Source of the DNA: Euprymna scolopes
Lineage: Eukaryota
DNA: 64,000 nt
Assembly (NCBI GenBank): GCA_053919585.1
Contig: CM132797.1
Direction: 5' to 3' (one strand)
The notes beneath the pieces are model-generated. The model ran no database searches and had not been told where the DNA came from. It worked only from the letters and a program-made list of their open reading frames with translations. Below are positions 32,038-47,000 of the stretch, in pieces. Each line of letters starts with the position of its first letter. The first letter of the stretch is position 1. The position numbers and the translations under genes are program-made.

Positions 32038-35000
32038 CTGCAATACGAAAACAAAAAAAAAAATATTTCATTTTAATTCGATTCTTGAAACAATTGATTG
32101 TTATTTCATGTTGCAAATTTGGCGTCTCATTATAAAGTATAAAAAGTACCAAAATCGCGTTAAATTGTGAAAAAAAAACAACACAATAAGGATTGTAAGC
32201 TTCTAAGTAATATTTTTAGAAATACTTCGGAGAGATACAATTTGATTACTCATTCTTACTATTGATAAATTTGTTCTAACAGTAGATTTGAGCATGACTA
32301 TGTTGTAGAACCGAAGTAAGCAGTACTAAAGTAATGTATTTCCCAAATGGGAACTTCTTTGCCTTTACTGAGGTGATTGACGACTTTATATTTATCCTAG
32401 ATTAGAACAATTATTTACGATGCATTGGTGATTAATTGGTCTATACTGAAATGAAGATGACCGATCTACATTTTCACGTTGAATATTCAGAGAGTGGTAA
32501 AGGAGAGAGAAAAAGAAAGAAAAAGACAGAGAAATGGAAAAATTCCATTCCATTAATCCGTCTGATCATTCATAATTTTGAAAAACACAACTTAAATATT
32601 TCCCATGACGTCTCAACTCTTAAAGAGATTACCATGGTACTGCTTCACTGCAGTCTATGACATAGCCGAGTTGAAGTTTTTTTCATAGTCTCTAAGTGGG
32701 TGATTAAATTTTGTCGTTGAATTAATCAGTTTCAATCCTTTAATAACATTCGTGATCATTCAAGTGACAATCTTTCCTCCTAATAAATAAACCTTGATCT
32801 TTTAAAACATTACTTTAAAAAGACTACAAATCTATTGTCTTCTATGACCGTCCACAGTTTATCCTTTAATTTAGTTGTTGATTAACTATATGTGTCCTTG
32901 TGTTTCCTGTGTCTGCGTGTAATATTAAGTGCAAATTTCGATGCAAGATGAAACAAAAAGCAAAACTCAAAGAAAAACCTTTTGAAAAGTGTTTAGAAAA
33001 AGTGGCAAATTTACCAAACGAATTTGGATCAAATATGTAGGGATTCGAAGGGATTGTGATGAGAGGTAAATTATTTAATGGTATTTCACTGTCATACCAA
33101 TCCATTGGAGCTGAAGAATTATTTGTGAATCAAACATTGAATATCTCTTAAATGGATGCAATACAAGGAGAGAAAAGGATACAGGATAATATGCACCTGG
33201 GAGAGAAACGTGCACTGAAAATACAATACGGTGGTTAAATTTATTAGGCATTGCTGGAAGGTCACTTCCACGCCGCCATAACAATTTTCCATGTTCTTCC
33301 TGGGCACGTGATCTCAATAAGGCGTGAATCCAGTCTCAGCTTTTCTGTCTTCTTGCTTTCTTTTTGTGGCGACAGAAACAGGCATAGTTGAGCATTAAAG
33401 AAAGATGAGTAATGAATATGAAATGAAGGAAATTGACATGCCACAGATATCAAGATAAAAACAGTAAGCTAGAGAAGATACAGACAAATTAACACTGATG
33501 AGAAAACATTGTCAGACTCACCTTCTATACTAGAATTCGCGTCTTCTGGCTGGGGAAAAATCAACATTGATGCAGCTTCTATTGTCTGTTGATGAATACT
33601 GGCATAATAGTTAGAGTACAAATATTTGTATTCAGAAATCTGCAATACGAAAATAAAAAAATAAATATTTCATTTTAATTCGATTATTGAAACAATTGAT
33701 TGTTATTTCATGTTGAAAATTTGGCGTCTCATTATAAAGTATAAAACGTACCAAAATCGCGTTAAATTGTAAAAAAAAACAAAACAATAAGGATTGTAAG
33801 CTCCTAAGTAACATTTTAGAAATACTTTGGAGAGATACAATTTGATTACTCATTCTTACTATTGATAAATTTGTTCTAACAGTAGATTTGAGGATGACTA
33901 TGTTGTAGAACCGAAGTAAGCAGTACTAAAGTAATGTATTTCCCAAATGGGAACTTCTTTGCCTTTACTGAGGTGATTGACGACTTTATATTTATCCTAG
34001 ATTAGAACAATTATTTACGATGCATTGGTGATTAATTGGTCTATACTGAAATGAAGATGACCGATCTACATTTTCACGTTGAATATTCAGAGAGTGGTAA
34101 GGGAGAGAGAAAAAGAAAGAAAAAGACAGAGAAATGGAAAAATTCCATTCCATTCATCCGTCTGATCATTCATAATTTTGAAAAACACAACTTTAATATT
34201 TCCAAGAACGTCTCAACTCTTAAAGAGATTACCATTGTACTGCTTCACTGCAGTCTATGACATAGCCGAGTTGAAGTTTTTTTCATAGACTCTAAGTGGG
34301 TTATTAAATTTTGTCGTTGAATTAATCAGTTTCAATCCTTTAATAACATTCGTGATCATTCAAGTGACAATCTTTCCTCCTAATAAATAAACCTTGATCT
34401 TTTAAAACATTACTTTAAAAAGACTACAAATCTATTGTCTTCTATGACCGTCCACAGTTTATCCTTTAATTTAGTTGTTGATTAACTATATGTGTCCTTG
34501 TGTTTCCTGTGTCTGCGTGTAATATTAAGTGCAAATTTCGATGCAAGATGAAACAAAAAGCAAAACTCAAAGAAAAACCTTTTGAAAAGTGTTTAGAAAA
34601 AGTGGCAAATTTACCAAACGAATTTGGATCAAATATGTAGGGATTCGAAGGGATTGTGATGAGAGGTAAATTATTTAATGGTATTTCACTGTCATACCAA
34701 TCCATTGGAGCTGAAGAATTATTTGTGAATCAAACATTGAATATCTCTTAAATGGATGCAATACAAGGAGAGAAAAGGATACAGGATAATATGCACCTGG
34801 GAGAGAAACGTGCACTGAAAATACAATACGGTGGTTAAATTTATTAGGCATTGCTGGAAGGTCACTTCCACGCCGCCATAACAATTTTCCATGTTCTTCC
34901 TGGGCACGTGATCTCAATAAGGCGTGAATCCAGTCTCAGCTTTTCTGTCTTCTTGCTTTCTTTTTGTGGCGAGAGAAACATGCATAGTTGAGCATTAAAG

Positions 35001-38000
35001 AAAGATGAGTAATGAATATGAAATGAACGAAATTGACATGCCACAGATATCAAGATAAAAACAGTAAACTAGAGAAGATACAGACAAATTAACACTGATG
35101 AGAAAACATTGTCAGACTCACCTTCTATACTACAATTCGCGTCTTCTGGCTGGGGAAAAATCAACATTGATGCAGCTTCTATTGTCTGTTGATGAATACT
35201 GGCATAATAGTTAGAGTACAAATATCTGTATTCAGAAATCTGCAATACGAAAATAAAAAAATAAATATTTCATTTTAATTTGATTCTTTAAACAGTTGAT
35301 TGTTATTTCATGTTGAAAATTTGGCGTCTCATTATAAAGTATAAAAAGTACCAAAATCGCGTTAAATTGGGAAAAAAAAACAAAACAATAAGGATTGTAA
35401 GCTCCTAAGTAACATTTTAGAAATACTTTGGAGAGATACAATTTGATTACTCATTCTTACTATTGATAAATTTGTTCTAACAGTAGATTTGAGCATGACT
35501 ATGTTGTAGAACCGAAGTAAGCAGTACTAAAGTAATGTATTTCCCAAATGGGAACTTCTTAGCCTTTACTGAGGTGATTGACGACTTTATATTTATCCTA
35601 GATTAGAACAATTATTTACGATGCATTGGTGATTAATTGGTCTATACTGAAATGAAGATGACCGATCTACATTTTCACGTTGAATATTCAGAGAGTGGTA
35701 AGGGAGAGAGAAAAAAGAAAGAAAAAGACAGAGAAATGGAAAAATTCCATTCCATTCATCCGTCTGATCATTCATAATTTTGAAAAACACAACTTAAATA
35801 TTTCCCATGACGTCTCAACTCTTAAAGAGATTACCATGGTACTGCTTCACTGCAGTCTATAACATAGCCGAGTTGAAGTTTTTTTCATAGACTCTAAGTG
35901 GGTGATTAAATTTTGTCGTTGAATTAATCAGTTTCAATCCTTTAATAACATTCGTGATCATTCAAGTGACAATCTTTCCTCCTAATAAATAAACCTTGAT
36001 CTTTTAAAACATTACTTTAAAAAGACTACAAATCTATTGTCTTCTATGACCGTCCACAGTTTATCCTTTAATTTAGTTGTTGATTAACTATATGTGTCCT
36101 TGTGTTTCCTGTGTCTGCGTGTAATATTAAGTGCAAATTTCGATGCAAGATGAAACAAAAAGCAAAACTCAAAGAAAAACCTTTTGAAAAGTGTTTAGAA
36201 AAAGTGGCAAATTTACCAAACGAATTTGGATCAAATATGTAGGGATTCGAAGGGATTGTGATGAGAGGTAAATTATTTAATGGTATTTCACTGTCATACC
36301 AATCCATTGGAACTGAAGAATTATTTGTGAATCAAACATTGAATATCTCTTAAATGGATGCAATACAAGGAGAGAAAAGGATACAGGATAATATGCACCT
36401 GGGAGAGAAACGTGCACTGAAAATACAATACGGTGGTTAAATTTATTAGGCATTGCTGGAAGGTCACTTCCACGCCGCCATAACAATTTTCCATGTTCTT
36501 CCTGGGCACGTGATCTCAATAAGGCGTGAATCCAGTCTCAGCTTTTCTGTCTTCTTGCTTTCTTTTTGTGGCGACAGAAACAGGCATAGTTGAGCATTAA
36601 AGAAAGATGAGTAATGAATATGAAATGAAGGAAATTGACATGCCACAGATATCAAGATAAAAACAGTAAGCTAGAGAAGATACAGACAAATTAACACTGA
36701 TGAGAAAACATTGTCAGACTCACCTACTATACTAGAATTCGCGTCTTCTGGCTGGGGAAAAATCAACATTGATGCAGCTTCTATTGTCTGTTGATTAATA
36801 CTGGCATAATAGTTAGAGTACAAATATCTGTATTCAGAAATCTGCAATACGAAAATAAAAAAATAAATATTTCATTTTAATTCGATTCTTGAAACAATTG
36901 ATTGTTATTTCATGTTGAAAATTTGGCGTCTCATTATAAAGTATAAAAAGTACCAAAATCGCGTTAAATTGTGAACAAAAACCAATAAGGATTGTAAGCT
37001 CCTAAGTAATATTTTTAGAAATACTTCGGAGAGATGCAATTTTATTACTCATTCTTACTATTGATAAATTTGTTCTAACAGTAGATTTGAGCATGACTAT
37101 GTTGTAGAACCGAAGTAAGCAGTACTAAAGTAATGTATTTCCCAAATGGGAACTTCTTTGCCTTTACTGAGGTGATTGACGACTTTATATTTATCCTAGA
37201 TTAGAACAATTATTTACGATGCATTGGTGATTAATTGGTCTATACTGAAATGAAGATGACCGATCTACATTTTCACGTTGAATATTCAGAGAGTGGTAAA
37301 GGAGAGAGAAAAAGAAAGAAAAAGACAGAGAAATGGAAAAATTCCATTCCATTAATCCGTCTGATCATTCATAATTTTGAAAAACACAACTTAAATATTT
37401 CCAAGAACGTCTCAACTCTTAAAGAGATTACCATTGTACTGCTTCACTGCAGTCTATGACATAGCCGAGTTGAAGTTTTTTTCATAGTCTCTAAGTGGGT
37501 TATTCAATTTTGTCGTTGAATTAATCAGTTTCAATCCTTTAATAACATTCGTGATCATTCAAGTGACAATCTTTCCTCCTAATAAATAAACCTTGATCTT
37601 TTAAAACATTACTTTAAAAAGACTACAAATCTATTGTCTTCTATGACCGTCCACAGTTTATCCTTTAATTTAGTTGTTGATTAACTATATGTGTCCTTGT
37701 GTTTCCTGTGTCTGCGTGTAATATTAAGTGCAAATTTCGATGCAAGATGAAACAAAAAGCAAAACTCAAAGAAAAACCTTTTGAAAAGTGTTTAGAAAAA
37801 GTGGCAAATTTACCAAACGAATTTGGATCAAATATGTAGGGATTCGAAGGGATTGTGATGAGAGGTAAATTATTTAATGGTATTTCACTGTCATACCAAT
37901 CCATTGGAACTGAAGAATTATTTGTGAATCAAACATTGAATATCTCTTAAATGGATGCAATACAAGGAGAGAAAAGGATACAGGATAATATGCACCTGGG

Positions 38001-41000
38001 AGAGAAACGTGCACTGAAAATACAATACGGTGGTTAAATTTATTAGGCATTGCTGGAAGGTCACTTCCACGCCGCCATAACAATTTTCCATGTTCTTCCT
38101 GGGCACGTGATCTCAATAAGGCGTGAATCCAGTCTCAGCTTTTCTGTCTTCTTGCTTTCTTTTTGTGGCGACAGAAACAGGCATAGTTGAGCATTAAAGA
38201 AAGATGAGTAATGAATATGAAATGAAGGAAATTGACATGCCACAGATATCAAGATAAAAACAGTAAGCTAGAGAAGATACAGACAAATTAACACTGATGA
38301 GAAAACATTGTCAGACTCACCTACTATACTAGAATTCGCGTCTTCTGGCTGGGGAAAAATCAACATTGATGCAGCTTCTATTGTCTGTTGATGAATACTG
38401 GCATAATAGTTAGAGTACAAATATCTGTATTCAGAAATCTGCAATACGAAAATAAAAAAATAAATATTTCATTTTAATTCGATTCTTGAAACAATTGATT
38501 GTTATTTTATGTTGAAAATTTGGCGTCTCATTATAAAGTATAAAAAGTACCAAAATCGCGTTAAATTGTGAACAAAAACCAATAAGGATTGTAAGCTCCT
38601 AAGTAATATTTTTAGAAATACTTCGGAGAGATGCAATTTTATTACTCATTCTTACTATTGATAAATTTGTTCTAACAGTAGATTTGAGCATGACTATGTT
38701 GTAGAACCGAAGTAAGCAGTACTAAAGTAATGTATTTCCCAAATGGGAACTTCTTTGCCTTTACTGAGGTGATTGACGACTTTATATTTATCCTAGATTA
38801 GAACAATTATTTACGATGCATTGGTGATTAATTGGTCTATACTGAAATGAAGATGACCGATCTACATTTTCACGTTGAATATTCAGAGAGTGGTAAAGGA
38901 GAGAGAAAAAGAAAGAAAAAGACAGAGAAATGGAAAAATTCCATTCCATTAATCCGTCTGATCATTCATAATTTTGAAAAACACAACTTAAATATTTCCA
39001 AGAACGTCTCAACTCTTAAAGAGATTACCATGGTACTGCTTCACTGCAGTCTATGACATAGCCGAGTTGAAGTTTTTTTCATAGTCTCTAAGTGGGTTAT
39101 TAAATTTTGTCGTTGAATTAATCAGTTTCAATCCTTTAATAACATTCGTGATCATTCAAGTGACAATCTTTCCTCCTAATAAATAAACCTTGATCTTTTA
39201 AAACATTACTTTAAAAAGACTACAAATCTATTGTCTTCTATGACCGTCCACAGTTTATCCTTTAATTTAGTTGTTGATTAACTATATGTGTCCTTGTGTT
39301 TCCTGTGTCTGCGTGTAATATTAAGTGCAAATTTCGATGCAAGATGAAACAAAAAGCAAAACTCAAAGAAAAACCTTTTGAAAAGTGTTTAGAAAAAGTG
39401 GCAAATTTACCAAACGAATTTGGATCAAATATGTAGGGATTCGAAGGGATTGTGATGAGAGGTAAATTATTTAATGGTATTTCACTGTCATACCAATCCA
39501 TTGGAGCTGAAGAATTATTTGTGAATCAAACATTGAATATCTCTTAAATGGATGCAATACAAGGAGAGAAAAGGATACAGGATAATATGCACCTGGGAGA
39601 GAAACGTGCACTGAAAATACAATACGGTGGTTAAATTTATTAGGCATTGCTGGAAGGTCACTTCCACGCCGCCATAACAATTTTCCATGTTCTTCCTGGG
39701 CACGTGATCTCAATAAGGCGTGAATCCAGTCTCAGCTTTTCAGTCTTCTTGCTTTCTTTTTGTGGCGAGAGAAACATGCATAGTTGAGCATTAAAGAAAG
39801 ATGAGTAATGAATATGAAATGAACGAAATTGACATGCCACAGATATCAAGATAAAAACAGTAAGCTAGAGAAGATACAGACAAATTAACACTGATGAGAA
39901 AACATTGTCAGACTCACCTTCTATACTACAATTCCCGTCTTCTGGCTGGGGAAAAATCAACATTGATGCAGCTTCTATTGTCTGTTGATGAATACTGGCA
40001 TAATAGTTAGAGTACAAATATCTGTATTCAGAAATCTGCAATACGAAAATAAAAAAATAAATATTTCATTTTAATTCGATTCTTGAAACAATTGATTGTT
40101 ATTTTATGTTGAAAATTTGGCGTCTCATCATAAAGTATAAAAAGTACCAAAATCGCGTTAAATTTTGAACAAAAAACAATAAGGATTGTAAGCTCCTAAG
40201 TAACATTTTAGAAATACTTTGGAGAGATACAATTTGATTACTCATTCTTACTATTGATAAATTTGTTCTAACAGTAGATTTGAGGATGACTATGTTGTAG
40301 AACCGAAGTAAGCAGTACTAAAGTAATGTATTTCCCAAATGGGAACTTCTTTGCCTTTACTGAGGTGATTGACGACTTTATATTTATCCTAGATTAGAAC
40401 AATTATTTACGAGGCATTGGTGATTAATTGGTCTATACTGAAATGAAGATGACCGATCTTCATTTTCACGTTGAATGTTCAGAGAGTGGTAAGGGAGAGA
40501 GAAAAAGAAAGAAAAAGACAGAGAAATGGAAAAATTCCATTCCATTCATCCGTCTGATCATTCATAATTTTGAAAAACACAACTTAAATATTTCCCATGA
40601 CGTCTCAACTCTTAAAGAGATTACCATGGTACTGCTTCACTGCAGTCTATGACATAGCCGAGTTGAAGTTTTTTTCATAGACTCTAAGTGGGTGATTAAA
40701 TTTTGTCGTTGAATTAATCAGTTTCAATCCTTTAATAACATTCGTGATCATTCAAGTGACAATCTTTCCTCCTAATAAATAAACCTTGATCTTTTAAAAC
40801 ATTACTTTAAAAAGACTACAAATCTATTGTCTTCTATGACCGTCCACAGTTTATCCTTTAATTTAGTTGTTGATTAACTATATGTGTCCTTGTGTTTCCT
40901 GTGTCTGCGTGTAATATTAAGTGCAAATTTCGATGCAAGATGAAACAAAAAGCAAAACTCAAAGAAAAACCTTTTGAAAAGTGTTTAGAAAAAGTGGCAA

Positions 41001-44000
41001 ATTTACCAAACGAATTTGGATCAAATATGTAGGGATTCGAAGGGATTGTGATGAGAGGTAAATTATTTAATGGTATTTCACTGTCATACCAATCCATTGG
41101 AACTGAAGAATTATTTGTGAATCAAACATTGAATATCTCTTAAATGGATGCAATACAAGGAGAGAAAAGGATACAGGATAATATGCACCTGGGAGAGAAA
41201 CGTGCACTGAAAATACAATACGGTGGTTAAATTTATTAGGCATTGCTGGAAGGTCACTTCCACGCCGCCATAACAATTTTCCATGTTCTTCCTGGGCACG
41301 TGATCTCAATAAGGCGTGAATCCAGTCTCAGCTTTTCTGTCTTCTTGCTTTCTTTTTGTGGCGACAGAAACAGGCATAGTTGAGCATTAAAGAAAGATGA
41401 GTAATGAATATGAAATGAAGGAAATTGACATGCCACAGATATCAAGATAAAAACAGTAAGCTAGAGAAGATACAGACAAATTAACACTGATGAGAAAACA
41501 TTGTCAGACTCACCTTCTATACTAGAATTCGCGTCTTCTGGCTGGGGAAAAATCAACATTGATGCAGCTTCTATTCTCTGTTGATGAATACTGGCATAAT
41601 AGTTAGAGTACAAATATCTGTATTCAGAAATCTGCAATACGAAAATAAAAAAATAAATATTTCATTTTAATTCGATTCTTGAAACAATTGATTGTTATTT
41701 CATGTTGAAAATTTGGCGTCTCATTATAAAGTATAAAAAGTACCAAAATCGCGTTAAATTGTAAAAAAAAACAAAACAATAAGGATTGTAAGCTCCTAAG
41801 TAACATTTTAGAAATACTTTTGAGAGATACAATTTGATTACTCATTCTTACTATTGATAAATTTGTTCTAACAGTAGATTTGAGGATGACTATGTTGTAG
41901 AACCGAAGTAAGCAGTACTAAAGTAATGTATTTCCCAAATGGGAACTTCTTTGCCTTTACTGAGGTGATTGACGACTTTATATTTATCCTAGATTAGAAC
42001 AATTATTTACGATGCATTGGTGATTAATTGGTCTATACTTAAATGAAGATGACCGATCTACATTTTCACGTTGAATATTCAGAGAGTGGTAAGGGAGAGA
42101 GAAAAAGAAAGAAAAAGACAGAGAAATGGAAAAATTCCATTCCATTCATCCGTCTGATCATTCATAATTTTGAAAAACACAACTTTAATATTTCCAAGAA
42201 CGTCTCAACTCTTAAAGAGATTACCATTGTACTGCTTCACGGCAGTCTATGACATAGCCGAGTTGAAGTTTTTTTCATAGACTCTAAGTGGGTGATTAAA
42301 TTTTGTCGTTGAATTAATCAGTTTCAATCCTTTAATAACATTCGTGATCATTCAAGTGACAATCTTTCCTCCTAATAAATAAACCTTGATCTTTTAAAAC
42401 ATTACTTTAAAAAGACTACAAATCTATTGTCTTCTATGACCGTCCACAGTTTATCCTTTAATTTAGTTGTTGATTAACTATATGTGTCCTTGTGTTTCCT
42501 GTGTCTGCGTGTAATATTAAGTGCAAATTTCGATGCAAGATGAAACAAAAAGCAAAACTCAAAGAAAAACCTTTTGAAAAGTGTTTAGAAAAAGTGGCAA
42601 ATTTACCAAACGAATTTGGATCAAATATGTAGGGATTCGAAGGGATTGTGATGAGAGGTAAATTATTTAATGGTATTTCACTGTCATACCAATCCATTGG
42701 AGCTGAAGAATTATTTGTGAATCAAACATTGAATATCTCTTAAATGGATGCAATACAAGGAGAGAAAAGGATACAGGATAATATGCACCTGGGAGAGAAA
42801 CGTGCACTGAAAATACAATACGGTGGTTAAATTTATTAGGCATTGCTGGAAGGTCACTTCCACGCCGCCATAACAATTTTCCATGTTCTTCCTGGGCACG
42901 TGATCTCAATAAGGCGTGAATCCAGTCTAAGCTTTTCTGTCTTCTTGCTTTCTTTTTGTGGCGAGAGAAACATGCATAGTTGAGCATTAAAGAAAGATGA
43001 GTAATGAATATGAAATGAACGAAATTGACATGCCACAGATATCAAGATAAAAACAGTAAGCTAGAGAAGATACAGACAAATTAACACTGATGAGAAAACA
43101 TTGTCAGACTCACCTTCTATACTACAATTCCCGTCTTCTGGCTGGGGAAAAATCAACATTGATGCAGCTTCTATTGTCTGTTGATGAATACTGGCATAAT
43201 AGTTAGAGTACAAATATCTGTATTCAGAAATCTGCAATACGAAAATAAAAAAACATTTCATTTTAATTCGATTCTTGAAACAATTGATTGTTATTTCATG
43301 TTGAAAATTTGGTATCGCATTATAAAGTATAAAAAGTACCAAAACCGCGTTAAATTGTGAAAAAAAAAAAAACAATAAGGATTGTAAGCTCCTAAGTAAC
43401 ATTTTAGAAATACTTAGGAGAGATACAATTTTATTACTCATTCTTACTATTGATAAATTTGTTCTTACAGTAGATTTGAGGATGACTATGTTGTAGAACC
43501 GAAGTAAGCAGTACTAAAGTAATGTTTTTCACAAATGGGAACTTCTTTGCCTTTACTGAGGTGATTGACGACTTTATATTTATCCTAGATTAGAACAATT
43601 ATTTACGATGCATTGGTGATTAATTGGTCTATACTGAAATGAAGATGACCGATCTTCATTTTCACGTTGAATATTCAGAGAGTGGTAAGGGAGAGAGAAA
43701 AAGAAAGAAAAAGACAGAGAAATGGAAAAATTCCATTCCATTCATCCGTCTGATCATTCATAATTTTGAAAAACACAACTTAAATATTTCCCATGACGTC
43801 TCAACTCTTAAAGAGATTACCATGGTACTGCTTCACTGCAGTCTATGACATAGCCGAGTTGAAGTTTTTTTCATAGACTCTAAGTGGGTGATTAAATTTT
43901 GTCGTTGAATTAATCAGTTTCAATCCTTTAATAACATTCGTGATCATTCAAGTGACAATCTTTCCTCCTAATAAATAAACCTTGATCTTTTAAAACATTA

Positions 44001-47000
44001 CTTTAAAAAGACTACAAATCTATTGTCTTCTATGACCGTCCACAGTTTATCCTTTAATTTAGTTGTTGATTAACTATATGTGTCCTTGTGTTTCCTGTGT
44101 CTGCGTGTAATATTAAGTGCAAATTTCGATGCAAGATGAAACAAAAAGCAAAACTCAAAGAAAAACCTTTTGAAAAGTGTTTAGAAAAAGTGGCAAATTT
44201 ACCAAACGAATTTGGATCAAATATGTAGGGATTCGAAGGGATTGTGATGAGAGGTAAATTATTTAATGGTATTTCACTGTCATACCAATCCATTGGAACT
44301 GAAGAATTATTTGTGAATCAAACATTGAATATCTCTTAAATGGATGCAATACAAGGAGAGAAAAGGATACAGGATAATATGCACCTGGGAGAGAAACGTG
44401 CACTGAAAATACAATACGGTGGTTAAATTTATTAGGCATTGCTGGAAGGTCACTTCCACGCCGCCATAACAATTTTCCATGTTCTTCCTGGGCACGTGAT
44501 CTCAATAAGGCGTGAATCCAGTCTCAGCTTTTCTGTCTTCTTGCTTTCTTTTTGTGGCGACAGAAACAGGCATAGTTGAGCATTAAAGAAAGATGAGTAA
44601 TGAATATGAAATGAAGGAAATTGACATGCCACAGATATCAAGATAAAAACAGTAAGCTAGAGAAGATACAGACAAATTAACACTGATGAGAAAACATTGT
44701 CAGACTCACCTTCTATACTAGAATTCGCGTCTTCTGGCTGGGGAAAAATCAACATTGATGCAGCTTCTATTCTCTGTTGATGAATACTGGCATAATAGTT
44801 AGAGTACAAATATCTGTATTCAGAAATCTGCAATACGAAAATAAAAAAATAAATATTTCATTTTAATTCGATTCTTGAAACAATTGATTGTTATTTCATG
44901 TTGAAAATTTGGCGTCTCATTATAAAGTATAAAAAGTACCAAAATCGCGTTAAATTGTAAAAAAAAAAAAAACAATAAGGATTGTAAGCTCCTAAGTAAC
45001 ATTTTAGAAATACTTTGGAGAGATACAATTTGATTACTCATTCTTACTATTGATAAATTTGTTCTAACAGTAGATTTGAGGATGACTATGTTGTAGAACC
45101 GAAGTAAGCAGTACTAAAGTAATGTATTTCCCAAATGGGAACTTCTTTGCCTTTACTGAGGTGATTGACGACTTTATATTTATCCTAGATTAGAACAATT
45201 ATTTACGATGCATTGGTGATTAATTGGTCTATACTGAAATGAAGATGACCGATCTTCATTTTCACGTTGAATATTCAGAGAGTGGTAAGGGAGAGAGAAA
45301 AAGAAAGAAAAAGACAGAGAAATGGAAAAATTCCATTCCATTCATCCGTCTGATCATTCATAATTTTGAAAAACACAACTTAAATATTTCCCATGACGTC
45401 TCAACTCTTAAAGAGATTACCATGGTACTGCTTCACTGCAGTCTATGACATAGCCGAGTTGAAGTTTTTTTCATAGACTCTAAGTGGGTTATTAAATTTT
45501 GTCGTTGAATTAATCAGTTTCAATCCTTTAATAACATTCGTGATCATTCAAGTGACAATCTTTCCTCCTAATAAATAAACCTTGATCTTTTAAAACATTA
45601 CTTTAAAAAGACTACAAATCTATTGTCTTCTATGACCGTCCACAGTTTATCCTTTAATTTAGTTGTTGATTAACTATATGTGTCCTTGTGTTTCCTGTGT
45701 CTGCGTGTAATATTAAGTGCAAATTTCGATGCAAGATGAAACAAAAAGCAAAACTCAAAGAAAAACCTTTTGAAAAGTGTTTAGAAAAAGTGGCAAATTT
45801 ACCAAACGAATTTGGATCAAATATGTAGGGATTCGAAGGGATTGTGATGAGAGGTAAATTATTTAATGGTATTTCACTGTCATACCAATCCATTGGAGCT
45901 GAAGAATTATTTGTGAATCAAACATTGAATATCTCTTAAATGGATGCAATACAAGGAGAGAAAAGGATACAGGATAATATGCACCTGGGAGAGAAACGTG
46001 CACTGAAAATACAATACGGTGGTTAAATTTATTAGGCATTGCTGGAAGGTCACTTCCACGCCGCCATAACAATTTTCCATGTTCTTCCTGGGCACGTGAT
46101 CTCAATAAGGCGTGAATCCAGTCTCAGCTTTTCTGTCTTCTTGCTTTCTTTTTGTGGCGAGAGAAACATGCATAGTTGAGCATTAAAGAAAGATGAGTAA
46201 TGAATATGAAATGAACGAAATTGACATGCCACAGATATCAAGATAAAAACAGTAAGCTAGAGAAGATACAGACAAATTAACACTGATGAGAAAACATTGT
46301 CAGACTCACCTTCTATACTACAATTCCCGTCTTCTGGCTGGGGAAAAATCAACATTGATGCAGCTTCTATTGTCTGTTGATGAATACTGGCATAATAGTT
46401 AGAGTACAAATATCTGTATTCAGAAATCTGCAATACGAAAATAAAAAAATAAATATTTCATTTTAATTTGATTCTTTAAACAGTTGATTGTTATTTCATG
46501 TTGAAAATTTGGCGTCTCATTATAAAGTATAAAAAGTACCAAAATCGCGTTAAATTGGGAAAAAAAAACAAAACAATAAGGATTGTAAGCTCCTAAGTAA
46601 CATTTTAGAAATACTTTGGAGAGATACAATTTGATTACTCATTCTTACTATTGATAAATTTGTTCTAACAGTAGATTTGAGGATGACTATGTTGTAGAAC
46701 CGAAGTAAGCAGTACTAAAGTAATGTATTTCCCAAATGGGAACTTCTTTGCCTTTACTGAGGTGATTGACGACTTTATATTTATCCTAGATTAGAACAAT
46801 TATTTACGATGCATTGGTGATTAATTGGTCTATACTGAAATGAAGATGACCGATCTTCATTTTCACGTTGAATATTCAGAGAGTGGTAAGGGAGAGAGAA
46901 AAAAGAAAGAAAAAGACAGAGAAATGGAAAAATTCCATTCCATTCATCCGTCTGATCATTCATAATTTTGAAAAACACAACTTAAATATTTCCCATGACG

